Source: a virus
Taxonomy: Duplodnaviria > Caudoviricetes
Length of the DNA stretch: 60,069 bases
IMG/VR virus record: IMGVR_UViG_3300039037_000048
Coordinates: 1-60,069 of that record
Strand: one strand, 5' to 3'
Part shown: piece after piece, positions 8,715-18,963 of the stretch
Numbering within the stretch: position 1 is the stretch's first letter
Layout: each line of letters begins with the position of its first letter
The notes under the pieces: generated by a model
What the model saw: the letters and a program-made list of their open reading frames with translations, nothing else
Told to the model about the DNA's origin: nothing
Database searches by the model: none
Program-made: the position numbers and the translations under genes

Positions 8715-11203
8715 TATGCAACAGGATTAGGATTATAGTATGCCTCTAGACCAGATGATCTACCAGGTGAGATAGCAGTGTTCTGTGTAGTAGGAGGCGC
8801 GGATGTTTCACGCGACTGCTCTTGCCCCGCTGGAGTATTTAGAGCGATGATCTGACCCTGTGAGTTTCTAATAGGTTTATCAGGTTTCATAGCAGTCATA
8901 GTCTCTACTGGTTGTGAGGCAGGAGGATTGATTGCCTGGGGACCATTAGCAGGAAGCAGTTTCTTCTTCTTTAATCTTCTCTGGATCTCATTCTGCACAA
9001 CAGTAGGTGTACCAGTGAAGATGGTGGTGTTAGTCTCCTGATCAATCAGTCTATCGATAGGTGGTCCAAGACCGAAGAATCTTCTACCTCTCTGATAGGT
9101 AAGACCCAGTTCATCAATACTAAATGTACTGCGGTCACCTGATTTAGACTTGCTAATGAACTCGGCAAGGTTCGCTGCACCAGTTTCAGTGATCGTTGCT
9201 GGATCATTCTGCTGCACCTTGGCTTTCATAGCCCTAACATGCTTCAGTGTATCATCCCAAGATAGGTGTGCCTTATTATTTCCAACTCCAGCATAGTAAC
9301 TGCGACCACCAGCGTCAGCAGGCAGTGCTGCCCACTCCATGGAAAGATTACGCGCAAACTTTTCATCACTAATCTCACCAGCCAAGTATTCGTTCAGTCC
9401 ACGACGCACCAATAACATGTGATAGATTTGATCCTGCCCCTCTTTATTGAAGACAAACGAATCAGGATCCTGTCCATTATTTCTCAAAACTTCTCTAGCA
9501 GTTCTCATTTGAATCTGATACCTGCCCATAGCAAACTGTCCACCAAACTCATTGTTTAGTTGGTTGACTGTCTTCTCCATGATGCTGGTGTCTTCTCTAC
9601 CACCAACCAGTTTAGTGTAACTGTTGCCAGACTCTTTAGCACCAAGGAACTGTGCGAAGTCAGCACTACCTTGCTCATTATAGTCACCCTCTACTCCATC
9701 ACCTACTGGTGATGCGATGGGAGCAGCGCCGCCGCCACCAGTATCCTGTGGAGCTCTTCTACCTTGGTTGATAACATTCTGCAGATCTTTCAACAGACTG
9801 CTTCCTGTCTTCTCCGCAGGAATAGGGGGTGGTGCAGAAGGTGGTGCTGATGCCAGTGTAGCAGGCAACCCATAGATATCTGCTACAGGTCTTGCTTGTG
9901 CTGTGATTGCTGCCTGCAATCTAGGGTCTCTGCCACCAATCTCTTGTTGATACTGTTGTGTAGCAGACAGAACATGACCACCACTCACCATCATAGGCAA
10001 TGACATTGCCGTAACCAATGCTTTATTCATTTCAGGACTCGATTGTAACCCAGCTGTCCTGGGTTTGTCCGAGTATTTAGGAATTTTGAGTGGCGTAATA
10101 CCCATATTTCCACGTTCATACTTCGGTGGAGTTATGTCTGGTTGTTTCAGCGACCCCATTTCATACTGTGGTGTGGGTCTAGTTACACCATCAACAGCAC
10201 TCGGTTCTCCTTGAGTGTAATTATTATCAAGAGGCACAACCATCTCATCACCATGTAGTGTGACTTCATATCCACTATCAGGACCAGATACTATACCACC
10301 TTGCTCCAGCTGTGGATTGTTATCCTGCTGCATGTTATACATCTGCTGCATCTGGAACTCTATGTTCTGCTGATCTGTAGCACCTATCGTCTGACTTTCA
10401 TCTTTAACAGTAGAAGTATCGTCAGCTATCTCATTGAAGTCAGTATCAACCTGTTTCTCTAGACGTGCTTCTTGTCTGATGTTCTTCTGCTTCTCCTCAC
10501 TAGATTTAAGTGTTGCAGTCTGCTGATTGACAGCAGCAATTAACTTATCAAGTTTACCCTCAATGCTATCTGTTCTCTCACTAATCTGGGAGACAACATC
10601 GGTTCTCATTCCAGAAATACTGGTAGCAAGTGCAGTATTTTCTTGCGCTTGTCTGTTGATAGAACTAGCAGTCTTTTGTAGAGACTTGGCAATGTCTGAC
10701 ACAGCAGACAAGATATCTTCTCTAGATATTCTCTGCTTTGAACCAGATGCTGCTTGCGCTACCTTCTCTGTAGAACTGGGTTGCTGCCTAGGATATGCTG
10801 AACGAGGACGGAGTGCTGGATCATCAATCATGATGTCATTGAGACCCAGAGCATCACGGAATCTCTGTGTGCTACTCCTCTTCTTCCCCTTAAAATCTAG
10901 AAAAGTAAAAAAGTTTTTCCTTGGATTCTTTAGTAGTTTAGTTCTATCTTTTAAATTTTTGAACGCTTCTTTCTTGTCCTCAACCCAGTCACCACCGAAG
11001 GTATGAAACAATGCTGCCTTAAAGAAGTGTCCCTTTTCAATACCTGCTTCTTCTAAAGATGTTTGATTTCTTTCTGCTAATTCTTCTGCATTTTCACGCT
11101 CGCGTTCCGCCATTCTTCTGGCAGCCATGACCATACTGATGGCATCACCAATGTGATTCTTTCCACCATCTGTACTCTGATACGCTTCGGTAAATGCTGC
11201 CAT
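8714..11203 (-). CDS. Tape-measure-like virion protein with lysozyme-like domain
   Basis: N-terminal coiled coil; ESGNSY...AMGRYQI...QD...LSMEWAALP...SYY muramidase-like motifs. Confidence 0.7.
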   Translation of the reverse strand: MAAFTEAYQSTDGGKNHIGDAISMVMAARRMAERERENAEELAERNQTSLEEAGIEKGHFFKAALFHTFGGDWVEDKKEAFKNLKDRTKLLKNPRKNFFTFLDFKGKKRSSTQRFRDALGLNDIMIDDPALRPRSAYPRQQPSSTEKVAQAASGSKQRISREDILSAVSDIAKSLQKTASSINRQAQENTALATSISGMRTDVVSQISERTDSIEGKLDKLIAAVNQQTATLKSSEEKQKNIRQEARLEKQVDTDFNEIADDTSTVKDESQTIGATDQQNIEFQMQQMYNMQQDNNPQLEQGGIVSGPDSGYEVTLHGDEMVVPLDNNYTQGEPSAVDGVTRPTPQYEMGSLKQPDITPPKYERGNMGITPLKIPKYSDKPRTAGLQSSPEMNKALVTAMSLPMMVSGGHVLSATQQYQQEIGGRDPRLQAAITAQARPVADIYGLPATLASAPPSAPPPIPAEKTGSSLLKDLQNVINQGRRAPQDTGGGGAAPIASPVGDGVEGDYNEQGSADFAQFLGAKESGNSYTKLVGGREDTSIMEKTVNQLNNEFGGQFAMGRYQIQMRTAREVLRNNGQDPDSFVFNKEGQDQIYHMLLVRRGLNEYLAGEISDEKFARNLSMEWAALPADAGGRSYYAGVGNNKAHLSWDDTLKHVRAMKAKVQQNDPATITETGAANLAEFISKSKSGDRSTFSIDELGLTYQRGRRFFGLGPPIDRLIDQETNTTIFTGTPTVVQNEIQRRLKKKKLLPANGPQAINPPASQPVETMTAMKPDKPIRNSQGQIIALNTPAGQEQSRETSAPPTTQNTAISPGRSSGLEAYYNPNPVA

Positions 11204-11225
11204 TAGTTACGATCCCCCTTGATAT

Positions 11226-13952
11226 TTAGTACAACGATTGCAAAATCAAGGATCTAGATGCGCCATGCATCCTACCACCAGTAGCAATGCTTTGCATTGA
11301 CTCCTCACCACCACCAGCATTCACCACTGGTTGAGTCATGTTAATAATAAATGTAGTTTGTTGCTGCTCTTCCTCCTCATCATACATGAGAATATCAGGA
11401 GTAAACTTTGCATATGCAGAGACAACTTCTTTCTGGGTCTGTGCATCAGCAACAGCAAGCAAGTGATCTCTCGCTACACCTGTAGATTGTGCATGTGGAA
11501 TGACAATCTCTTCACCTTCCTCACCCATCAGTGCAACGTGTGGTTTATCATACGTTAGACCACCATTCTTGTATGCAATGTGAACATGATGATGGTGTGA
11601 GTCTGGATACTCACGATAAGATCCAGTGCCTCTGTAAGCAGGTGATCCATGCACTAGTTCCACTGGAGACACACCCTTTGACTTGTTCCACTTAATAATC
11701 TCACGAATGACAGGTGCCTGCTCATCAGCACCCGATGCACCTGGGTAGTCACCATTCTGTGGAGTAGAAGGAGAGTAACCGCCAATGTCTAGTGCTCTGC
11801 CACTATAGTGCATGGACATGGCACGATGTCCACTATTCTGCGACCAAGGTGGATGATCTGGATGCCTATGAATCTGTCCAGTAACAGGCAAAGTATTCCT
11901 CAATCCTTTTAGATGCGTTCCCAAGTCACCAGCAGTCTTGCTACCACCAGTAGGATCTCCATCCGAAAGACCATCTCTAGAATCCATAGCTCCTAGGTTG
12001 GTGAAGTCAGAGTTTACATCCTCACCTGACCTCATAGGAAACCCAAAGAACCTAGCAATCATACCCAGCATACCTTCCTTGTTTGCCTGTGGTTCTCCAT
12101 CCTCTCCCTCGGGACCACCAGCAGGACCATAATATGGTTTCTCCGCCTCTGCTTTCTTCTCATACTGATCCATGCGCGATCCCATACCAACAAAAGATCC
12201 ACCAGCACCACTGACAGCATTGACATGAGTGATGCCAAACTGTCTGGATAGTTTACCCGCTTCTCTATTGTATAGTGGTGCGATGTAAGATGCAGATGGT
12301 CCTGCCTGGCGCATGTATGCTGTTGTAGATCCTAAAATGCCAGAGATAATAGGAGAGTAGAGTGCTGTTGCTGGGTCAGCATTCTTATGTGTAATTAGTT
12401 CTGTTCCATGCAAGATTGCAGTGCCAGGTTTTGTAGCACCACCAGTTTCATACTGATCAGGTCCAATACCTAGAGCATCCATGAAGAATGCAGTGAAGTT
12501 TTCATCACTAGGCATGGGGAAGTTCGGTTCAATGTGCCTCTCGTATGCTGGGATGTCAATCTCCCTGAACAAATCAAGCATAGCAAAACCAACACCAGCA
12601 GCAGGTATTGCGCCACCAAATGATAAGAACATACCTTTCCAGTCACCCATCAAACCACGAGCAAGACCCTCAACAGCACCGTAGATAGTACCAACACCTG
12701 GCACCAATTTACTTGCCATTTTAGTAGTCAATTTTTCTGCTGCTTCTTGACCAAGTTTCTTTGACAATGCATTACGAACAGGTTTACTCATCAAAGCACG
12801 CTGAAGAACATTGCCACCACCTTCGATGACAGCTTTGTTCATAAGATTGGCGCTCGCTTGCCCACCAACTGCTCTAACCGCTTTCCTACCAACCTTTGGT
12901 AAAGCTTTTCCTGTCATTCTAGCAATAGATTCTGATGCCAAACTAGCAGCACCCTTACCCATCACCTTACCGACACGATTACGACTACTATATGTCGCAC
13001 CTTTGGCGATTGCCCTTTTAGTTTGCTCCTTGGTGACAGTAGATGTTGCTCTCTTTCCCGCAGCCTTCTTAATATATGAAGGGGCAAGTGCTTTTTTAGC
13101 AAGTTGAGCAGCAGTTAAAGTTTGTGTGCCCTTAACAAACCACGACGCTGCTCTCTTGGTTCCAATCTGGTCAATCAGACCAACACCTTTAACAAATAAA
13201 GGCAACACTCCTCTGGTTGCTCTGAACACAGCACCAGTAAGTCTACCACCATACTTGGTTCCAAGTTTAGTACCTATAGATCTACCAAAACCAACTGCAC
13301 CACTCTTGATAGCAAATCCTGCTATCTGTTTATAAAGTTTCTTACCAAGAGCATTAATTACTGCTTTCTTTCCAAATCTAGCAAGACCTTTAGCACCAAG
13401 ACCTAGTTTAGGTGCAACAACACCAGAGATTACTCTCGAAAGTCTTTGTAATGTCCTTCGTATTGCCTTTAGTGCAGGACTAACTACTCTACTCCCTCCA
13501 GTAGACTGTGGAAGTTCGACAAAATTATTATCAATCTGTCTCTCTAATGCTGCCTCTTGTCTTCTATCTTCAGCGAGGTCTGCCTGCTTTGCTAGGAGTT
13601 CATTCTGTGCCTCGTAAGCATCAGTCAATGCATCAATCTTTGAGGCAAGTAGACTGTCTTGTGCTTCAATAGCATTCAACAGTCCACCAGTCAGTTTGAG
13701 ATTGGATTGGATCAGCGCATTCTGCTGCGCTAATCTGTTGTCGATTGTAGTAAGTTGTCCTTGTACTTTCTGCAAGGACCCAGTAAGAACGCGAAGAATT
13801 CTGGTGTTAGTTACACCAGTGCTACCCTTCTTCTCGGGGACGGGGATGTTTCCACCCTTCTTATTGATGAACTCTGCCAAGGATCTCTTGACACTATCAG
13901 GCATGTCATCAATGACTGACGGATCTATTTGATTGTCAGTTTCCTCGTTCAC
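11226..13952 (-). CDS. Tape-measure-like virion protein (gp29-like) with M15-type peptidase motif
   Basis: Coiled coil and Ala/Gly/Lys-rich helices; HYSGRALD...HHHHVHI zinc-ligand pattern. Confidence 0.65.
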   Translation of the reverse strand: MNEETDNQIDPSVIDDMPDSVKRSLAEFINKKGGNIPVPEKKGSTGVTNTRILRVLTGSLQKVQGQLTTIDNRLAQQNALIQSNLKLTGGLLNAIEAQDSLLASKIDALTDAYEAQNELLAKQADLAEDRRQEAALERQIDNNFVELPQSTGGSRVVSPALKAIRRTLQRLSRVISGVVAPKLGLGAKGLARFGKKAVINALGKKLYKQIAGFAIKSGAVGFGRSIGTKLGTKYGGRLTGAVFRATRGVLPLFVKGVGLIDQIGTKRAASWFVKGTQTLTAAQLAKKALAPSYIKKAAGKRATSTVTKEQTKRAIAKGATYSSRNRVGKVMGKGAASLASESIARMTGKALPKVGRKAVRAVGGQASANLMNKAVIEGGGNVLQRALMSKPVRNALSKKLGQEAAEKLTTKMASKLVPGVGTIYGAVEGLARGLMGDWKGMFLSFGGAIPAAGVGFAMLDLFREIDIPAYERHIEPNFPMPSDENFTAFFMDALGIGPDQYETGGATKPGTAILHGTELITHKNADPATALYSPIISGILGSTTAYMRQAGPSASYIAPLYNREAGKLSRQFGITHVNAVSGAGGSFVGMGSRMDQYEKKAEAEKPYYGPAGGPEGEDGEPQANKEGMLGMIARFFGFPMRSGEDVNSDFTNLGAMDSRDGLSDGDPTGGSKTAGDLGTHLKGLRNTLPVTGQIHRHPDHPPWSQNSGHRAMSMHYSGRALDIGGYSPSTPQNGDYPGASGADEQAPVIREIIKWNKSKGVSPVELVHGSPAYRGTGSYREYPDSHHHHVHIAYKNGGLTYDKPHVALMGEEGEEIVIPHAQSTGVARDHLLAVADAQTQKEVVSAYAKFTPDILMYDEEEEQQQTTFIINMTQPVVNAGGGEESMQSIATGGRMHGASRSLILQSLY

Positions 13953-14086
13953 ATTGATGTCCTCGCTGCCTCTTGTTTCTTCTTCTCTTCTTGAATGTGT
14001 TGAATCAAGAGGGAGGTGTATACTTCACGCTCCCAAGGCATCATGTTTTCTATCTCTGTCAAGCTATATTTATGGTACTGCATCAT
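13949..14086 (-). CDS. g51: Baseplate hub assembly catalyst gp51 (frame open up to 14140)
   Basis: MMQYHKYSLTEIENMMPWEREVY signature; missing from the ORF track. Confidence 0.8.
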   Translation of the reverse strand: MMQYHKYSLTEIENMMPWEREVYTSLLIQHIQEEKKKQEAARTSM

Positions 14087-14133
14087 AGCAAAGTTAGTCT
14101 TGTAATAGCCCTCCAAACTATTTTGGAAGACCG

Positions 14134-14847
14134 CTATGCGAAAAAAGATTGCAGTCCCTCAATGGTGTAAGAACACTCGTTACCAGTGTTAGGATTGATC
14201 ACAGTAAATGTATGAGTCAAGCGTGGCATAGTCTCATAGAACTTTTGGATTGCCTCAAACTGTTTAGTTGTCAGACTCTCCACAAACTCACGGAACTCTT
14301 TCTTACTTGTAGTAGAAGAGTCATACACATCCTCACCTTGGAAGATCTGATCAATGTGATCAGCGATGAATGTGAATACCTCATCAGTAGTCACATTCTT
14401 ATCCAAGAACTGCGACTCAATAAATCTATCCATACTAGGATACCTCATCACAATACCAGACTCTTCGTCCAGCATGATCTTATTGGTATGACCCTCTGGT
14501 TTATCTACAATCACGTCATCGATATTGATGTTCGCAGTTGTAGTAGTTTCGTTGTCATCTGTACAGGTGACAGTAAGTTCAATGTCTTCACCCACAGCAG
14601 CACCCCTGATCTTGAGGAATAGATACTCCAGATCAAATGACGGTAGGTCATCTACTTTAAGTCTAGAGAGAATACAACTCTTTAGAATAGATTTTACCGC
14701 AGTAACAACTTCTTTCTCTACTCCAGACTCAAACGCTAGCAGGAGAACCTTCTCTTCTTTGACTAGGAATGGTCTGTATTTAATAGTCTTCCCAGTCGAA
14801 GGTAACTTCAGTTCGTAAGTAGGGACTCCAATCTTGGGTAATGCCAT
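14134..14847 (-). CDS. g26: Baseplate hub assembly protein gp26
   Basis: MALPKI..PTYEL.LPSTG..IKYRPFLVKEEK...FDLEYLFLKIR...EGLQSFF. Confidence 0.9.
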   Translation of the reverse strand: MALPKIGVPTYELKLPSTGKTIKYRPFLVKEEKVLLLAFESGVEKEVVTAVKSILKSCILSRLKVDDLPSFDLEYLFLKIRGAAVGEDIELTVTCTDDNETTTTANINIDDVIVDKPEGHTNKIMLDEESGIVMRYPSMDRFIESQFLDKNVTTDEVFTFIADHIDQIFQGEDVYDSSTTSKKEFREFVESLTTKQFEAIQKFYETMPRLTHTFTVINPNTGNECSYTIEGLQSFFA

Positions 14848-14867
14848 GAAGATTAATTCAAATCGTG

Positions 14868-14878
14868 TATTTATTTAG
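14868..14878 (-). promoter_or_regulatory. Late promoter CTAAATA/ATAAATA for the g26-g5 operon
   Basis: CTAAATAAATA about 20 nt upstream of the g26 ATG. Confidence 0.65.
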
Positions 14879-14880
14879 CG

Positions 14881-14951
14881 CGACTTTTTGAGTCAATTTT
14901 TGGCGGGAAAAATTTTTCGGAATTCAGGTAAACGGAATCCCAATTTCAGTT
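14881..14951. repeat. Non-coding A/T-tract element, copy 2
   Basis: Similar to 3075-3145. Confidence 0.6.
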
Positions 14952-15680
14952 CATCTTTCGCACGTCGTTATATACTACAGTGTGCTTGCTGTAGTAGAAG
15001 TTAGCGGTGACCTTGGTGACCTGGGATGTGCCATAGGACATGGGCACCGCATCGATAGAGTATGGATAGATGTCCTCTAGGATGTACATCATACTACCGC
15101 GACCATTGGGTGCGAAGGAACTCTTCTCTGTCTTGGTGATCCTACAATTTGCTAGGTAAGTTTTTGGATAATTAAGTCTAATCGCTCTGTTAAGAGGCAA
15201 TGGTTGCTCGGTCTTCAGTTTCGCCAGAGGCACATTCTTTCCCGCGTTAACAATCTTGTCAAATGCAGGGTTAACACCACCAGCATAACCAAAGATAAAT
15301 GTATGCCATGCGGTGAGAAACTTGAGTGGTGTCATGTTGGCATCACACATCCACCCAAGCGATAGGTCAGTATAAAACTTTGCGTAAGGATATGACACCT
15401 GGTTCTCACCCAAGTATCTACCCTGCATTTGTCCAGTAGCAGTCTGAACGTTAGGCAATTGTGCCTCGTCACAGAGTAACTTAAACGTGCTGGTCTCTGG
15501 ACTGTAAGGTTCAATCAACTCCGATAATGTTTGCAACACCGTAGTCTTACCTGATTCACCCTCTCCCACATCCAAGGTGTTGATCCCAGAAAAATCAAAC
15601 TCAACGTCGTAATTATTTGACATTGACATGCCGCCATTGGCAGCAATAGTATTAATAAATGAACTGATAGATCTAGTCAT
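14946..15680 (-). CDS. Tail-tube-fold baseplate protein (gp54-like tube initiator)
   Basis: LLCDEAQLP...YPY.K.Y...YP.SI..V.MSYG...KVTANF pattern of the gp19/gp54 family. Confidence 0.6.
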   Translation of the reverse strand: MTRSISSFINTIAANGGMSMSNNYDVEFDFSGINTLDVGEGESGKTTVLQTLSELIEPYSPETSTFKLLCDEAQLPNVQTATGQMQGRYLGENQVSYPYAKFYTDLSLGWMCDANMTPLKFLTAWHTFIFGYAGGVNPAFDKIVNAGKNVPLAKLKTEQPLPLNRAIRLNYPKTYLANCRITKTEKSSFAPNGRGSMMYILEDIYPYSIDAVPMSYGTSQVTKVTANFYYSKHTVVYNDVRKMN

Positions 15681-15712
15681 CTAAATAGATACGGAAGGTG
15701 TGCGGAAACATT

Positions 15713-16174
15713 ATGCCTTACTCTGGAAAATATAAACCAGCCTACCCACGGAAGTACAAGGGCAATCCCACTAATATTATTTATCGCAGTTTGTGGGAGC
15801 GTAAGTTCATGGACTTCTGTGATCATAATGGAAGCATCATTGAGTGGGGTAGTGAGGAAGTAATCATTCCTTACAGATGTCCTACTGATGGGAGAGTCCA
15901 CAGATACTATCCCGACTTCTACATCAAAGTCAGATCAAAAGCTGGCGTGGTAGCGAAGTACCTTGTCGAAGTGAAACCAAAGAAACAGACACAAAAACCG
16001 AATGAGAAACCAAAACGAAAGACAGCTGCTTGGAAGAAAGAAGTTCTAACTTACCTTAAGAATCGCGCCAAATGGGAAGCGGCGGAGGACTTCTGTGAGG
16101 ACAGGCAGATGAAATTTATCATCCTCACCGAAGATCACCTAGGGATAAAGAACAATGGCAAGAAGAAGCACTAA
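15713..16174 (+). CDS. g4: Head completion protein gp4
   Basis: KYKGNPTNIIYRSLWE...WGSEE..IPY..HRYYPDF...EVKP. Confidence 0.9.
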   Translation: MPYSGKYKPAYPRKYKGNPTNIIYRSLWERKFMDFCDHNGSIIEWGSEEVIIPYRCPTDGRVHRYYPDFYIKVRSKAGVVAKYLVEVKPKKQTQKPNEKPKRKTAAWKKEVLTYLKNRAKWEAAEDFCEDRQMKFIILTEDHLGIKNNGKKKH

Positions 16175-16820
16175 AGGATTCGGAACCAATAACTATACCA
16201 CTATCTTCGAGAAGGTTAGTGATGCTACAGGTGGAGAGAAGAAGTCTCTCTCGTGGTACAAGGGTAAAGTAAAACAACTAGCATCAACCTTCGTAGAGAC
16301 ACCAGAAAAACTAATCCGTCAAGAGAAAAGAGATGCGCGTGACCAGGTGCAGGATGAGAACTTACTTCGCATGAAAGTAAGAGAGGGTCACCTATACTTC
16401 TTTGAGTACAAAGCAATGTCAAAGTGGTTGCCTTACTACGACAGGTTTCCGCTAGTGTATGTTATCAAACAAGATGGTGAAGGATTCTACGGAGCAAACC
16501 TACACTACATCAAACCAAAGAGACGAGTCAAGATCATACAAAGACTAGAGAAAGGATTGATTGACATCCCTCGCACATTGGTGCATAAATATCTTTATAA
16601 TCACTGCGAAAGTAAGTTCCTAGATCTTGCCATAGATGAGTGGGAGACTTCTATCTTCTTACCTGTCGAAGACTTTATCATGACTAGAGGTACAGGCAAA
16701 CTACCATACGATAGAGAACTTGTATGGAAAGAGACTGAAACAAAATACAATGATCGTATCAAAGCAACACGTATCATTAAAGGTTATGGTAAACAATCAG
16801 ACAAGGAAATGGTAACGTAA
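16155..16820 (+). CDS. g2: DNA end protector gp2
   Basis: GHLYFFEY.A...LPYYDRFPLV...GANLHY. Confidence 0.85.
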   Translation: MARRSTKGFGTNNYTTIFEKVSDATGGEKKSLSWYKGKVKQLASTFVETPEKLIRQEKRDARDQVQDENLLRMKVREGHLYFFEYKAMSKWLPYYDRFPLVYVIKQDGEGFYGANLHYIKPKRRVKIIQRLEKGLIDIPRTLVHKYLYNHCESKFLDLAIDEWETSIFLPVEDFIMTRGTGKLPYDRELVWKETETKYNDRIKATRIIKGYGKQSDKEMVT

Positions 16821-18199
16821 TGCCAGCAAACGTACAAACATTAGGCAACATTCAAACTCCCAGCGATGGTTTAGCATCTGTTGGTGGAGAAGCTGTGTTT
16901 ACAAAGTACGGTGTAGTACAAGACCTTAATGCTAATGGTGGAGTTAATTCTCCACCAAAATACTATAGGGAATATGAAGATGACGTAGGAAATAAATCTT
17001 GGGTAGAAGTAACTGACCAAGATGATCTTAACTTCCTTAATACAAAAGCAAGTCAGCAAGGTCTAATCGTGTCACCCGACACAAATCAGGCACCAATTGT
17101 AGACAACGGAAATGCAACTGATGCATTCCGAACTGGTGCTAGTACAAACCATCCACTAATTACTCAAGCACCTGTAACAATTATACCAGACACTGATAAC
17201 CCCTTCGGATCTATAGGTACAAATGTTATCCGCCCTCAAGCCGCGGCAGTTGTTGGCGATGCTATGGCACTAAAGTATCCTGCAGAACTGGGTATCACAT
17301 CAGACAGTGACTACGTATCTTTCAGATTCTATGACTACTTACCTCCATTTAAACCAAGCGGAGGGAATAGAGGAACTCAAGGAACGACAGCGAATAGTAA
17401 TCTAGGTGTAAAATATACCGCATATTCACAGAGCATAGACCCTGTAAATATGAAACCAGCGAACGGTGATTACTATAAAAATATTATCATGTACATGCCA
17501 GAAGATCTGGGTGGACAGTATGCTGCAGACTGGACAGGCAAATCATTCAGCAACGCTGCAGTAGAAGTCTTAAGGACGATTGGTTCTAGTGGTGTTATTG
17601 ACAACGGAAGTTATGGTAGAGCAGCAGACACACTCACTAGTGCTCTAAAAGGTGCTGGTTATAACATGGCAGTTAAAGCCATCAATGAAGGTTTAGGACA
17701 AAACATTGAGTTGAATGATGCTATAGGTGGTGTCAGTGGAACTATCTTGAATCCAAACACCGAGATGATGTATCAGTCTAGTACAATGAGAGGATTCAGT
17801 TTGCGATTCAAGATGCAAGCAAGAAGTGAGTACGAAAACAAACAGATCAGACAAATCTGCACAACATTCAAGAGAGCAATGCTCCCTACCTATGGAGGCG
17901 AGGTTATTGGTAGAGGTATTGGACCTGGCACACCCACTGACAAGAAACCAGGCAACGGAGGATTCATTACTCTACCAAAGATTGTACAAGTTTCTTTCAT
18001 GACTGGTGCAACTCTAAATGAATACATAACACAGTACAAACCATGTGCTATCACTGCTGTCGATATCAATCACACACCTGATGGTGCTTGGGCAGCGTAT
18101 AAGGGTGGTGCTCCAGTTGCAACCGAACTCAAGATTACATTCAAAGAACTCAAACTTATCTTCTCCCAAGAGATTGCTAGCGAAGGAGCAAGCTTCTAA
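16820..18199 (+). CDS. g48: Baseplate tail-tube cap gp48
   Basis: LKYP...MYMP...LNPNTEMMY...RGFSLRFKM...YKPCAIT...LKITFKE. Confidence 0.8.
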   Translation: MPANVQTLGNIQTPSDGLASVGGEAVFTKYGVVQDLNANGGVNSPPKYYREYEDDVGNKSWVEVTDQDDLNFLNTKASQQGLIVSPDTNQAPIVDNGNATDAFRTGASTNHPLITQAPVTIIPDTDNPFGSIGTNVIRPQAAAVVGDAMALKYPAELGITSDSDYVSFRFYDYLPPFKPSGGNRGTQGTTANSNLGVKYTAYSQSIDPVNMKPANGDYYKNIIMYMPEDLGGQYAADWTGKSFSNAAVEVLRTIGSSGVIDNGSYGRAADTLTSALKGAGYNMAVKAINEGLGQNIELNDAIGGVSGTILNPNTEMMYQSSTMRGFSLRFKMQARSEYENKQIRQICTTFKRAMLPTYGGEVIGRGIGPGTPTDKKPGNGGFITLPKIVQVSFMTGATLNEYITQYKPCAITAVDINHTPDGAWAAYKGGAPVATELKITFKELKLIFSQEIASEGASF

Positions 18200-18882
18200 T
18201 GTATTTCAGATCAATCCCAGACATTCAATACGATACAAAGCCAGTAAACTATCCGTTTACTTCTTCAGACTTCATCGTAGCAAAGAATTTCTTCAGAAGA
18301 TTTCAGTTGAATCCTGATGTGTTTGACTTTGCATTGCTGTACGATCAGACTACCGTAGAGGATGGTGAGCGTCTAGATCAAGTAGCATACAGAATGCATG
18401 GCAAGGCAGAGTATGACTGGATCATTGTTCTAGTGAACAACCTTATCGATCCACAATTTAACTGGCCAATGTCAGATAATGTGTTGAGAAAATACGCTGA
18501 AGAAAAGTATGATGATCCATATTCGGAAATCTTATACTATGAAACACGGGAGATCAGAGTCAATCAAAAGATCAAGACTGACCTCTCATCTGTAGATAGA
18601 TTCGTAACTGTACTAGAACCAGGTCTGCGTGTCTCTAGTCAATTCTATAATGATTTTTTCACTTACTTCGACGGCACCAATACAGTATCAGTCCCAGGAT
18701 CCTCGGTGAGTAGAGCGATCACTGCCTTCGAGCATGAGCAAAGAGAGAATGATAACAGAAGAACCATCTATACATTAAGGAACGATCTGATCAGTAGATT
18801 TATCGAAGAGTTCCGAGGCAAGAATGCCTACGGTAAATCTTCTGACTACATCTCAAATAAGCTCAAAAAAACGGGGGTTTGA
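18199..18882 (+). CDS. g53: Baseplate wedge protein gp53
   Basis: MYF..IPDIQY...KNFFRR...DGERLDQVAY..YDWII..NN..DP..WP. Confidence 0.88.
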   Translation: MYFRSIPDIQYDTKPVNYPFTSSDFIVAKNFFRRFQLNPDVFDFALLYDQTTVEDGERLDQVAYRMHGKAEYDWIIVLVNNLIDPQFNWPMSDNVLRKYAEEKYDDPYSEILYYETREIRVNQKIKTDLSSVDRFVTVLEPGLRVSSQFYNDFFTYFDGTNTVSVPGSSVSRAITAFEHEQRENDNRRTIYTLRNDLISRFIEEFRGKNAYGKSSDYISNKLKKTGV

Positions 18883-18891
18883 CCCCCCGTA
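18864..18891 (-). terminator. Terminator downstream of g32
   Basis: ACGGGGG-TCAAA-CCCCCGT followed by T7 on the minus strand. Confidence 0.7.
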
Positions 18892-18963
18892 TCTACTTGA
18901 AAAGTAGTGCATAATATGTTGCGATAACCAAGAGGGTCAAGCAGACCCTCTCATAGTTCCACC

